From positions 8,934 to 72,933 of the forward strand of contig JAKUUP010000001.1 in assembly GCA_022447095.1 (NCBI GenBank): a stretch of 64,000 nt of DNA, read 5' to 3'. The stretch's first letter is position 1. The number at the start of each line of letters is the position of its first letter. The DNA comes from Candidatus Thalassarchaeum betae. Lineage in GTDB: Archaea > Thermoplasmatota > Poseidoniia > Poseidoniales > Thalassarchaeaceae. Both the position numbers and the translations under genes were made by a program. The notes below the pieces were generated by a model. The model ran no database searches, was not told the DNA's origin, and saw nothing but the letters and a program-made list of their open reading frames with translations. Positions 50,517 through 59,301 of this stretch are shown piece by piece.

Positions 50517-51086
50517 TCAATTCTCTCCGAATAATGCCGATGTCACAGCAGGGAGAGCCGTAATCCAAGACTTCTCGAATAAGCCGTCGAAGCGATAGTC
50601 GAGTATCATCGAACCATCCGGTGCCTCCAAGACGAAGCCACCTAGGCCATCGACGTCTTCACCCAATGCAAAGCCGCTTCCGGCACTCTCTAATGCCGAG
50701 CGATCGATGCCCACGGGCCTCAGTACCATATTCGCTTCCGCATCGCCCTTCGCTTCACTGATGAGTGACTGAAGCAAGGTGGAGCGCCCCTTCAGATTAG
50801 TTGACCCTACCATCTCCATCGCTGATTCTTTGGTCGCATCGAGTTCCTCCCTTCGTGCGATGAGCATCGATTTCTGATTGGCCTGTCTGGCCGAAGCAAC
50901 CGTCTCGGTCATGATCTGAGAGCACTCTTTCATGGCCTTAGATACGATGTCACTGTGTAGAGACTTGAGTTCGAGTTTGGCTTCTGAGATAGTGTCCTTG
51001 GCTTTCGCCTTGGCAGCGTCGGTGATGGCTTTCGCCTCTTCCCCCGCCGCATTGTCAATATCACTAGCAAGTGCGTCTAACGTCAT
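50517..51086 (-). CDS. atpE: A-type ATP synthase subunit E
   Basis: N-terminal Ala/Lys/Glu-rich helix and a C-terminal globular part, in the operon position. Confidence 0.75.
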   Translation of the reverse strand: MTLDALASDIDNAAGEEAKAITDAAKAKAKDTISEAKLELKSLHSDIVSKAMKECSQIMTETVASARQANQKSMLIARREELDATKESAMEMVGSTNLKGRSTLLQSLISEAKGDAEANMVLRPVGIDRSALESAGSGFALGEDVDGLGGFVLEAPDGSMILDYRFDGLFEKSWITALPAVTSALFGEN

Positions 51087-51123
51087 GTGTAATTCTCCTT
51101 GTCCTGTTCATCATCCCGAACGT

Positions 51124-51438
51124 TCACAATAGGAACATTGCGAGGAATCCGAATATCAGGATGGTCTCAGGGAGCACGGTGAATAGCATGGCAAGCCCCA
51201 ACTTGGAGCCGTCTTCAGCTACCCAACCAACTGCTGCTGCACCTATCTGGCCTTGTCCGAGGCCAGTGCCTATGCCGCAACCCGCAAGCGCGATACCTGC
51301 GGCCAGTTTGGCCATCGTGTCCTTCTCGGCTAGTTCTTCCGCGCTCAACTGAGCGCTCACCACACCAGCTATCAGGGTCAATCCCCAAAGCACCAGCAGC
51401 AGTCTTATACTCAATCTCGTCAATTTCATATTCTTCAT
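51124..51438 (-). CDS. atpK: A-type ATP synthase proteolipid subunit K (c) with an N-terminal signal-peptide-like extension
   Basis: GIALAGCGIGTGLGQGQIGAAAVG (helix 1) and LFTVLPETILIFGFL (helix 2 with the ion-binding Glu). These are preceded by MKNMKLTRLSIRLLLVLWGLTLIAGVVSA. Confidence 0.8.
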   Translation of the reverse strand: MKNMKLTRLSIRLLLVLWGLTLIAGVVSAQLSAEELAEKDTMAKLAAGIALAGCGIGTGLGQGQIGAAAVGWVAEDGSKLGLAMLFTVLPETILIFGFLAMFLL

Positions 51439-51484
51439 TTTCTAATTCTCCTTTTCTCCATGCATAGCATTGGAATCTGATGTA

Positions 51485-53755
51485 TCACTCTACCTCCACT
51501 ACTCGGGCAGTGAACCCGAATGGCTCGAACTTGTCGCCGACGGCCTCGTAGAACTGTCTCATCCACTCGACGAGGTGGAGTCGTGCCGTGTGGATGTTCG
51601 GGCTGACTAGTCCCAGTATCCACGCGAAGACCTGTACGACTAGCCATCCGAAGAATAGCGTCAGCAGCATGAACACGCTGCCACCCATTCCGAGTGCGAA
51701 ACCGAGCCCGCCGGAGATTAGGAAGCCGAAGAGGAACTGCCTACCGAAGGAGTTCAGGCCGAGAGGCAACTCAGGCAGGCTCACCTTGAGCAGAATCAGG
51801 GCGAATGGCAGAATCACTGGCAGCAGTACGGCTAGGAGCGTCAAGCCACTGACATCGTGATGAGCGAGGTCTTCGACAATCCCCATCATACCTGCATCGT
51901 GGCCGCCATAGAGCATGTCATTGCCCGTCTCCGCTATCTTGACCCCAGCGACACCCACAGCGAACAGACGCACGTAGGAGATGACTGACGGCATCAAACC
52001 GATTCCCTCAATGAGACCGAGCAGCCCGGCGATGAGCAGGGGCATCCCGTGATACTTGTAACTCGCATAACAGAGCATGAGTATGCCAACGGCGACGAAA
52101 ATCAGGCCGTAGGTCTGCATCATTGTTAGTGTCTCATCACCTGGATTGGCTTTCAGCCCTAGGTAGCCAGTAGCGAAGAAGTAGCCGGCGATGAGGATGG
52201 TTATCCACGAGCCGCGATCGAAAAACGCGACAATCGGGCCCGTGTTGCCATGGCTGTCGCCGTAAAGCCAGATGTCGCGGAATCCGATTAGTAGGCCCAT
52301 CAGAACGTGAACTGCGCCCATGTAGATTGTTATCAATACCAGATCATCGAGGTTGTGCCCGACCCTGTGGAATGGGAATGCCAGAACCAGTTTGCCAAAT
52401 TCCCATGACCAATCCCACTGGAATTCTCCGCCGTAGGGGTATAGGGCCGTGAGCCACGTGGCCCAGTCAGGGGCGTGAGAAGCCTCCCAGCCATGGTCCA
52501 CGTGATGCGGCAGTATCTCAAAGCCGGCGAACTCGCCGTAGATGTAGCCGAATATCACAGCGGCGATACCGATGTAGACGATGAATTTGGAGGCGAGCAG
52601 GCCTGTCTCGGTGTGCCCTATCCTCGTGTACAGGAAATAGCCGAAGAACATCGTTGCGGCACCATAGAGGATGTCGCCGAGGATTAGTCCGAAGAACAGA
52701 GGGTAGGTGAAGAACATGAACAGGGTCGGGTCGACCTTTCCGTAGCGAGGTCGCCCCATCATATCGGTGAGCAGTTCCATCGGCTTGCTCTTGTGCCGGT
52801 CTACGAACTTGATTGGTGGCAGTTTGAGTTCGGGCCCATGGTGACCATGTCCACCGCCTCCTGGAACCACTTTGAACGGCCCGATGTCGACGACTCGGCA
52901 TGTCTCGGAAAGCACTGCGCTGACCTCCTCTGAGCGAGAGGTCTCGATCCACCCGTCAATCACGAAGGCGTGACCACTGACTGCGACCCTGATCGGCCCC
53001 AGTGCCAGTGCCATGTCTCTCTCCAGAAGCTCGATCCCACCAAGTAAGGTCGCTCCGTTGGCTTCGGCCCAGACATCCAACTCGCCCTGCAGCGTCGAGC
53101 GCTCTTCCAGAAGCTCGCCGCGTCTCGCAGCGAGTACTTCCTGACGGACCCCCACAGGACCCTTTTCATCAGGAATCGGGATAGCGGCGAATCCCGCCTC
53201 GGCCAACTCAGACTGGACTGCGGATGAGGAGTCGTTCTTGCAGAACACGGCGACAACAGAAGGCTTGACTCCCTCGATGATTACGAGACCGTCGGGGGCA
53301 CATGACTCAGCTCGGGAGGCATCCTTCACTGTACCGACGAAGGCGGTCAGGGAGCCGTATCCAGAAAGCAGGTCGAGGTCGAGGTCCAGCGGTAGCAGCA
53401 GTTCTAGGGTGTCTCCCTCTTCGGCCATGCTGGAGAGTTCGCTGTCGATGACATCGAGTCGATCCAAGTGGCCGAGCATCATCTCGACACGGGAAGGAAG
53501 TTCCCCGTCCAGATGACCGCGAATAGGTTCGGACTCGAGCAGGGTCTTCGGGTCGATGAGGTCGAGTTGGGAAGAGGCGCTGCGGTAGCGGTTGAGGTCG
53601 CGCCCGATCTCCTCGGATTCATCGGTTGGACTGCCGAGTTCGAAGCCCTCCTCGTCCCCGGGGTAATCTAGGAGGTGGACCGCCTTCAGATCAGCGAGCG
53701 CGCGGACAGCTTCATCGACTCTGGATAGCGAGCCAGCAGCAGTCAAGCGCGACAT
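51485..53755 (-). CDS. atpI: A-type ATP synthase subunit I (a)
   Basis: Cytoplasmic N-terminal half and a polytopic C-terminal half with …YVRLFAVGVAG… (essential Arg region). Start set at MSRLTAAGS…; alternatives are 53779 and 53839, the latter overlapping atpH by 20 nt. Confidence 0.85.
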   Translation of the reverse strand: MSRLTAAGSLSRVDEAVRALADLKAVHLLDYPGDEEGFELGSPTDESEEIGRDLNRYRSASSQLDLIDPKTLLESEPIRGHLDGELPSRVEMMLGHLDRLDVIDSELSSMAEEGDTLELLLPLDLDLDLLSGYGSLTAFVGTVKDASRAESCAPDGLVIIEGVKPSVVAVFCKNDSSSAVQSELAEAGFAAIPIPDEKGPVGVRQEVLAARRGELLEERSTLQGELDVWAEANGATLLGGIELLERDMALALGPIRVAVSGHAFVIDGWIETSRSEEVSAVLSETCRVVDIGPFKVVPGGGGHGHHGPELKLPPIKFVDRHKSKPMELLTDMMGRPRYGKVDPTLFMFFTYPLFFGLILGDILYGAATMFFGYFLYTRIGHTETGLLASKFIVYIGIAAVIFGYIYGEFAGFEILPHHVDHGWEASHAPDWATWLTALYPYGGEFQWDWSWEFGKLVLAFPFHRVGHNLDDLVLITIYMGAVHVLMGLLIGFRDIWLYGDSHGNTGPIVAFFDRGSWITILIAGYFFATGYLGLKANPGDETLTMMQTYGLIFVAVGILMLCYASYKYHGMPLLIAGLLGLIEGIGLMPSVISYVRLFAVGVAGVKIAETGNDMLYGGHDAGMMGIVEDLAHHDVSGLTLLAVLLPVILPFALILLKVSLPELPLGLNSFGRQFLFGFLISGGLGFALGMGGSVFMLLTLFFGWLVVQVFAWILGLVSPNIHTARLHLVEWMRQFYEAVGDKFEPFGFTARVVEVE

Positions 53756-53819
53756 TCCTTGAGTTGTCAAACTGCCCATGAACACAAACTCCGATTTATC
53801 AGTCAACTCTGTTGGATTT

Positions 53820-54137
53820 CTAGGATTGGAGGAACGCATCTAGTACTGCATCGACCGCAGACGAGCGGTTCTTCACACCGTGCTCGTGAATCGCCGTCAG
53901 GGAGGCTTCGCCATCGGCTCGGGCGGAATCGGCCCGCTTGTTCGCAGCTTCTCTCGCCTCATCGACCATAGACTGCGCCTCGGCCTCTGCGTCCTGTAGT
54001 CCGGAGGAGATTAGGTCAGTCACCTTGCCGCGGGCTTTGCTGGTTATGTTCGAGGCGTCCGTGCGGGCCTTCTCCAACTTGGCGCCTGTCTTCTCTTCGG
54101 CCTCCTTGATTGATCTCAGAACTTCGTCCCTAGCCAC
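53820..54137 (-). CDS. atpH: A-type ATP synthase subunit H
   Basis: MARDEVLRSIKEAEEK…, an Ala/Glu/Lys-rich helical protein of about 100 aa that is first in the operon. Confidence 0.7.
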   Translation of the reverse strand: MARDEVLRSIKEAEEKTGAKLEKARTDASNITSKARGKVTDLISSGLQDAEAEAQSMVDEAREAANKRADSARADGEASLTAIHEHGVKNRSSAVDAVLDAFLQS

Positions 54138-54160
54138 TTGTTCACCCTCTGGGTGAAGTT

Positions 54161-54167
54161 CCTAAAG
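54161..54167 (-). promoter_or_regulatory. TATA-like box CTTTAGG (minus-strand sense) centred about 27 nt upstream of the atpH ATG
   Basis: Same W-rich-TAGG motif as elsewhere. The spacing is compatible with a leaderless atp operon mRNA. Confidence 0.35.
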
Positions 54168-54244
54168 TTGGCGAGTTTATCATATTGACCGTTTGGCCCC
54201 TTCGTGGGCTCTGAGGCTGGTCACGGGATTCAACCAAATAGAGG

Positions 54245-54973
54245 ATGGACGGAGGAGTCTGCATGGATGCCGAGCGCATCGATGCCGAGGAGTGGAACGA
54301 GCTCCAGCGCAATCTTGAGATGAGCATCCCGGCGTATGACAGGATCAACAGGTTCGCCACCCTCGGACAGGTCTCCAAGTGGCGCAGGATGGTTCAGGAC
54401 AGGCTGCCTGCAAAGGGGCGGATTCTCGAGGTGGGGTGCGGCCCGGGAAGCTTCGCTGAGGAGGTCGTCGGCAGGGACTTGGTATGCCTCGACCCGATTC
54501 CGGAGATGCTGCGCTCCGCGGAGTCTCGCGTCAACCCCAAGCGGGCCGCTCGCGGCGACTCCGCTGTCGAGTTCGTAGAAGCCACAGCAGAGGACTTGCC
54601 ATTCGACGACAACTCGTTCGACGCGGTCTGCTCCTTGTTCTCGTTCAGAGACTGGTACGACAAACGTGTGGGCCTGTCCGAGGCGCTCAGAGTCCTCAAG
54701 CCAGGTGGAATCATCGTAATCGTCGACCCAGCCAAGATCAACCGGCTCCATGGAGTACTCGGTTGGCTCTGGATGAGAATCTGGGTCGGGACCTACGCCA
54801 GACTCGTCTACAGTAAAAGTGACCACCCTTGGAGATGGCTGACTAGGACCTACTCTAGCTTCGGCACCACACGTGATTACGTGCGAATGCTGGAGGAGGT
54901 CGGATTCACTGATGTCCGAGCCAAAGTCGTATTCCCGGGCATGGCCACCATCTGGCAGGGCGCCTCACCCTAG
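54245..54973 (+). CDS. UbiE/MenG-family class I SAM-dependent methyltransferase
   Basis: YDRINRFATLGQVSKWRR, motif I LEVGCGPGSF, …LKPGGIIVIVD. An alternative ATG at 54263 fits the TATA-like AAATAGAGG at 54236-54244 better. Confidence 0.7.
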   Translation: MDGGVCMDAERIDAEEWNELQRNLEMSIPAYDRINRFATLGQVSKWRRMVQDRLPAKGRILEVGCGPGSFAEEVVGRDLVCLDPIPEMLRSAESRVNPKRAARGDSAVEFVEATAEDLPFDDNSFDAVCSLFSFRDWYDKRVGLSEALRVLKPGGIIVIVDPAKINRLHGVLGWLWMRIWVGTYARLVYSKSDHPWRWLTRTYSSFGTTRDYVRMLEEVGFTDVRAKVVFPGMATIWQGASP

Positions 54974-56068
54974 GCCAAGCAGCGGGCGGCAGGTCACAGC
55001 CCTCCAGATGAACGGTTTGGTCAACCTGTTGAAAGCCAGATTGAGCAGCCAATCGGGAGAGCGGAACAGCAGGCTTCCGAACCTGAAGGCTCGCTTCGAG
55101 TTGCGCATCACCTTGCCCATCTGGGCATCCCACCTCCTCTCGTACTCGCTGAGCGATGTGCCGTCCCGCAGGTGCTCTGCGACTACCTGTCCTGCAATCC
55201 TGCCGCCGATCATCGCAATCGTGATGCCGGCGCCATTGGAGGGCAGGACCATTCCGGCGGCGTCACCAACGAGGAGGTGTTTGCCCTTGACGAGGGGGCG
55301 GATGGAGCCGGACATCGGCAGGGAGCCGGCCCCGTTGTAAGTGATCTGTCCTCGATACCTCGAGATGAAATCCTCGGCGTAGTCGTTCAGGCTCCTGCCC
55401 TTGGACAGGCTCCTCTGGATACCGAGACCGATGTTCGCTCCTCCGTTCTTCGGGAACATCCAGGCGTAGCCGCCGGGTGCTACTGAGCCGAAGTGCAACT
55501 CCACCGCATCGGTGAACTCACCGGACATGAGAACGAACTTCACAGGGATGTCGAGCGATTCCTCTTTCCACTGTGACTTGCGGATCGGGTCGTTGTGCCC
55601 AGCGGCTCCGATGATGACTCTCGCAGTGTATTCGGAACCGTCCCTGAGGTAGACGGTCTCGCCATTGACTCTATCGACTCGACTGTTGACTAGATACTCG
55701 GCCCCTGTTGACTGAGCCAATTCTACCAAAGCCTCGTCGTGAGTTACACGATTGAGTACCAGTCCCTCGAAATCATATCTCAGCGGCTTGCCGGAAGGAG
55801 GGACTAGATGCATCTCCCGTATCCTCTTCGAGATGGCTGCCTCCGGTGTCTTGAGGAGGTCGTCCATATCTGGGACGTCTGGGCACAACCTGCGCATCTC
55901 GTTGTTGGTGGGAACGAGTTCCCCACACTGTAGCGGTGGGCCTATCGGGTCTCTGCCGTCGATGACCAGAACGTCCGCGCCGCCCTCTGCGATATATCGC
56001 GCCGTCGTACTTCCAGCGGGACCTCCGCCGATGACTATCGCATCCCAGTCGGTGCGGGTGCCGGGCAT
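54965..56068 (-). CDS. Geranylgeranyl reductase (digeranylgeranylglycerophospholipid reductase family)
   Basis: WDAIVIGGGPAGSTTARYIAEGGADVLVID FAD motif, …LLVGDAAGMV…. Lies downstream of the GGPP synthase gene. Confidence 0.85.
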   Translation of the reverse strand: MPGTRTDWDAIVIGGGPAGSTTARYIAEGGADVLVIDGRDPIGPPLQCGELVPTNNEMRRLCPDVPDMDDLLKTPEAAISKRIREMHLVPPSGKPLRYDFEGLVLNRVTHDEALVELAQSTGAEYLVNSRVDRVNGETVYLRDGSEYTARVIIGAAGHNDPIRKSQWKEESLDIPVKFVLMSGEFTDAVELHFGSVAPGGYAWMFPKNGGANIGLGIQRSLSKGRSLNDYAEDFISRYRGQITYNGAGSLPMSGSIRPLVKGKHLLVGDAAGMVLPSNGAGITIAMIGGRIAGQVVAEHLRDGTSLSEYERRWDAQMGKVMRNSKRAFRFGSLLFRSPDWLLNLAFNRLTKPFIWRAVTCRPLLGLG

Positions 56069-56072
56069 GTCC

Positions 56073-57053
56073 TCAAGTCCGGCGCGACTGTGAGCGTCTG
56101 GCGACCACTCCCAAGAGGTCGCGCGCTGTGCTCTGTGGAAGCAGACTTATCGCCTCGATAGCACGGTCGACGTGATTCTCGATGAGTTGGGTGACGTAAT
56201 CGAATGAGCCTGCCTCCTCAAGGAGATAGGTCAGTTCACCCCAGCGATTGTCACTGAAATTCTGCAGCACGTCGGCAAGTTGTTCGCGCTCAACACCATG
56301 TAGCATAGTGAGCGCGTGAATAATTGGTAGTGTCATCTTGCCATCGTGAACGTCGGTACCTCTGGGCTTACCCATCGAAGTTTCACCGGTCAAGTCCAGC
56401 ATATCATCAACGAGTTGGAATGCACGTCCGACCTCCATCCCGAAGACCTCGAGGGACTCAACTACCGAAACGGGTGCATTGGCAATGATTGCCGCGCACG
56501 AGCACGTGGTAGCGAAGGGGGCTGCGGTCTTGCCGTCGATTATGGCGTAGTAGTCCTCGGGAGTGGTTGCGAGGTCGCCAATGTGCTCTAACTGCAGCAG
56601 CTCACCAGTGGCTAAGCCCGCGGAGGTTCGGGCCATCCGCTCTACTATTTGAGCATCGTAACGCCCCCCCAGGCCGAAGCCGAGGACGAACAGGTAGTCA
56701 CCTGCTATGATGGCGTGTGGGATACTGTACAATGAGTGGAGTGTCGGCTTGCCGCGGCGGGTCTTGGATTGGTCGTAGATGTCGTCGTGCACGAGAGTGG
56801 CGGTGTGAACAATCTCGGAGGCGAGCGCGAGATCCATGACCTCGGACTGGTCCTCACCACCTGAGGCTTCGAATGCGAGAAGCGCGAGAACGGGTCGAAA
56901 CCTCTTGCCGCCATCTAAGAGGATGTGTCGTGCCAATGCCATAGGAGGGGCATCGGAGCCGGCCATCCCCTCCTGCACGAAGTCCTCCAGAGCCTCCTCG
57001 ACGATGTCGTGCCTATTGGCGAGTTTCTCATTATTCGAAAGCATCGAAACCAT
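56073..57053 (-). CDS. idsA: Polyprenyl (geranylgeranyl) diphosphate synthase
   Basis: FARM LVHDDIYDQSKTRRG and SARM FQLVDDMLD. Confidence 0.85.
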   Translation of the reverse strand: MVSMLSNNEKLANRHDIVEEALEDFVQEGMAGSDAPPMALARHILLDGGKRFRPVLALLAFEASGGEDQSEVMDLALASEIVHTATLVHDDIYDQSKTRRGKPTLHSLYSIPHAIIAGDYLFVLGFGLGGRYDAQIVERMARTSAGLATGELLQLEHIGDLATTPEDYYAIIDGKTAAPFATTCSCAAIIANAPVSVVESLEVFGMEVGRAFQLVDDMLDLTGETSMGKPRGTDVHDGKMTLPIIHALTMLHGVEREQLADVLQNFSDNRWGELTYLLEEAGSFDYVTQLIENHVDRAIEAISLLPQSTARDLLGVVARRSQSRRT

Positions 57054-57153
57054 GCTGATTCGAACCTTCTTGGCAGGGGTCGCCTATATCAACAGGTGTG
57101 CGCGCCGGCCGAACGGGCACAAGGCGTGCCCCCCCCTTGAGGTGGATGCGACG

Positions 57154-58221
57154 ATGGACCTAATTACACTGGCTACCATAGATTCGCCCGACTGTCCCGT
57201 ATCCGAGCACATAGCGATCTTCTCCGCCTCCGGCGATGCTCCTGAACTCGTTATAGAAAGCCTCGCAGTAGAGGGATTCTCAGAAGGTCTGGCTATGCTG
57301 GGAAGCGGCAAGTTGGACATGCTCGCCATACCGGCGCGGATACTGCACGGAAGGCAGTTGGAAATGCTGGAGGCGGGATGTGAGGTGGTGGGTGCGAGGA
57401 CCCCACGCCGGCCTAACTTAGTACTGGTGTCGGAGAACAAAATCGCATACCAGCCGAAGTCGGCGGTGATACTGTCGGATTCCAAACTGGTCCGCAGGCA
57501 ACTGCGGCGAGCCAGACGAGGATTGCGCGTCCTGAGGCCAGGTGCCTACGCATCAATCAACGAGTTGGGCAAGGTCCCAGAGGAGCCCGTGGCTATGGCG
57601 GAATGGATGGAGGCCATGAGACAAAGCGGGGCTATCGATGGTTACATCACCTCTCGTCCGGTGTATGACGAACTCGAACTTGGCGTTCGCAGGCATGCCT
57701 TGCTTCCAGACCCGAAGGATAGGGGAGACCCGCACTTCCTGCCTCTACCATACGCCGACCTCGTAGTGTTACTCGCGAGAAAGCGGTTTCCCCTTAGCAT
57801 CTCGGCGCAGATCTCCGAGCGAGAGGGCAACACGGTCTGGTGGATTCAAAACCACCTGATTGCCGGTCTGAATGAGGAGATGCTGGAGAGGACTGGTGTT
57901 CTTGTCAGGCACAGGCAAATCAGTTCCCTGATGAAGCAGGCCGAGGAGACCAAGGACATCACCCTGCTGCAGTCTTGTCATGACACAGAGGGAGATGTGC
58001 TCGATGATGACGTGCACGTCGAAGTCAGGCTTGAGTTGCTCTCGAAGAATGGGCACAGGACGCTGAGTCTCGAACGGGTCATCACATACTCCCAGCACCA
58101 GTATGCAATCATCTCACTGTTGAGGGATTGGGAGGTCCTCCTCCTCGAGGCCTCTAGAGAGGTTCCCAAGGACTTCTACACCGACGTCGAGGCTCCTGCC
58201 TACATCGACCCGTCTGATTAA
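57154..58221 (+). CDS. Hypothetical protein with a weak by-eye resemblance to the porphobilinogen deaminase (HemC) / type-2 periplasmic-binding fold
   Basis: The pattern …FSASGD…LGSGKLDMLAIPARIL…RTPRRPNLVLV…ILSDSKLVRRQL…LRVLRPG…FLPLPYADLVVLLAR…EREG… parallels HemC blocks, but the catalytic residues are not conserved. Start set at MDLITLAT because the ORF-track start overlaps idsA. Confidence 0.3.
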   Translation: MDLITLATIDSPDCPVSEHIAIFSASGDAPELVIESLAVEGFSEGLAMLGSGKLDMLAIPARILHGRQLEMLEAGCEVVGARTPRRPNLVLVSENKIAYQPKSAVILSDSKLVRRQLRRARRGLRVLRPGAYASINELGKVPEEPVAMAEWMEAMRQSGAIDGYITSRPVYDELELGVRRHALLPDPKDRGDPHFLPLPYADLVVLLARKRFPLSISAQISEREGNTVWWIQNHLIAGLNEEMLERTGVLVRHRQISSLMKQAEETKDITLLQSCHDTEGDVLDDDVHVEVRLELLSKNGHRTLSLERVITYSQHQYAIISLLRDWEVLLLEASREVPKDFYTDVEAPAYIDPSD

Positions 58222-58256
58222 ACGGTGGCTGACCCTAACAGCTGCTAACACCGCCA

Positions 58257-58273
58257 CAGCACCTGTGGTGCTG
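58257..58273 (+). terminator. GC-rich hairpin CAGCACC-TGT-GGTGCTG, 35 nt after the stop at 58221
   Basis: 7-bp stem and 3-nt loop, cross-checked through antisense ORF 58114-58461. Confidence 0.3.
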
Positions 58274-58326
58274 CGTAAGCGATATGACGGGTTAGGGGGC
58301 AGGGGGTACCCGAGAAGGTGCTGAGG

Positions 58327-59301
58327 ATGGGTATCGACAGGGTGCTGCTCGACGCGCTTTACAGAGGTCGGCTGCGTGGACTTCGGAACAGGGCTGAGGA
58401 GGCGGGGCTGAGCAAGAGCGGTTCGGTTGAAGTGGTACGCGCCAGACTGATTCAGCATCACATTTTAGGTGATGACGATCTATCATGGGAAGGTATCCAA
58501 TCGATGACCCACAAGGAGATTGGCGAGGTACTCAAGGTCTTCGGAATCAAGTCATCTGGCTCACATAAAGAGAGGCGGCAGAGGCTGTGGCTTCACCTCA
58601 ACTTCGACTCACGCAGACTGACCGTGGAGCGACTGGTCGAGATGGATCGCGACACTCTCCAAGAACTATGTCAGAAACTGGAATTGAGAGTCACAGGCAA
58701 TCGGACGGTATTGATGGCTCAAGTCGGAAGTGTCCTGACCAATCAAGCGAACGGCTGGGGCAGGATCAAGCGCAGCCTGTGGCGCTCAGGAATTCCCGAT
58801 GTCTCTGCGGGTGTAACTGAGGTGGAGTCTGAGGATGTCGTTGAAGAGGTCGAATTCGGAGAGCCGCCCGCCGAGCCTGAGGAGGAGGTCGACTTCCAAA
58901 GGACGGCTTCGGAGGCAGTGCTGGAGGATGCCAGCGACGCGCTGGTGTTCGATCTAGACAAGGCTGAATCATCTGTCCAAGGGGCGCTGCTGACCATCCA
59001 AGCCAGGGTCGAAGACCTCGAGAGGATGGTTGGGACCATCCTTAGAGGGCACGGTGGCCGATGGGGAGAGGAAGAGCAGATTCTCCTAATCAAACTTGCA
59101 AAACGCAGGGGCTGGCCGCTCGATGAGGAGGAGGTGCGCTCGAGGGTGATGCGTGTTGCCACCGATATCGCTGAGATCAAGGGTGGGTCCCTCGGCGAGG
59201 GAGAATCTCACAGCAGAATCAACTCCGACGCTACGCTGGAGAGGGTCAAGGAGAAGATGCGTCACGCTGAGACGCTGCTCTCAGAGAGTCCCGAAGACTG
59301 A
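58327..59301 (+). CDS. Hypothetical protein with three tandem SAP/HeH-like motifs, an acidic linker and a C-terminal helical domain
   Basis: LRGLRNRAEEAGLSKSGSVEVVRARLIQH; IGEVLKVFGIKSSGSHKERRQRLWLHL; LQELCQKLELRVTGNRTVLMAQV. The ATG lies at the fourth codon of the ORF-track ORF. Confidence 0.45.
   Translation: MGIDRVLLDALYRGRLRGLRNRAEEAGLSKSGSVEVVRARLIQHHILGDDDLSWEGIQSMTHKEIGEVLKVFGIKSSGSHKERRQRLWLHLNFDSRRLTVERLVEMDRDTLQELCQKLELRVTGNRTVLMAQVGSVLTNQANGWGRIKRSLWRSGIPDVSAGVTEVESEDVVEEVEFGEPPAEPEEEVDFQRTASEAVLEDASDALVFDLDKAESSVQGALLTIQARVEDLERMVGTILRGHGGRWGEEEQILLIKLAKRRGWPLDEEEVRSRVMRVATDIAEIKGGSLGEGESHSRINSDATLERVKEKMRHAETLLSESPED

Noticed and set aside
53756-53839. Upstream starts of atpI (53839 or 53779).
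   Set aside because: The 53839 start overlaps atpH by 20 nt, and the extension (MRSSNPRNPTELTDKSEF…) is not subunit-I-like. This remains uncertain, so the alternatives are kept in the feature evidence.
56836-57153. 106-codon extension of ORF 57154-58221.
   Set aside because: It overlaps the 5' end of idsA on the opposite strand and the idsA promoter-like element. The first plausible start outside idsA is 57154.
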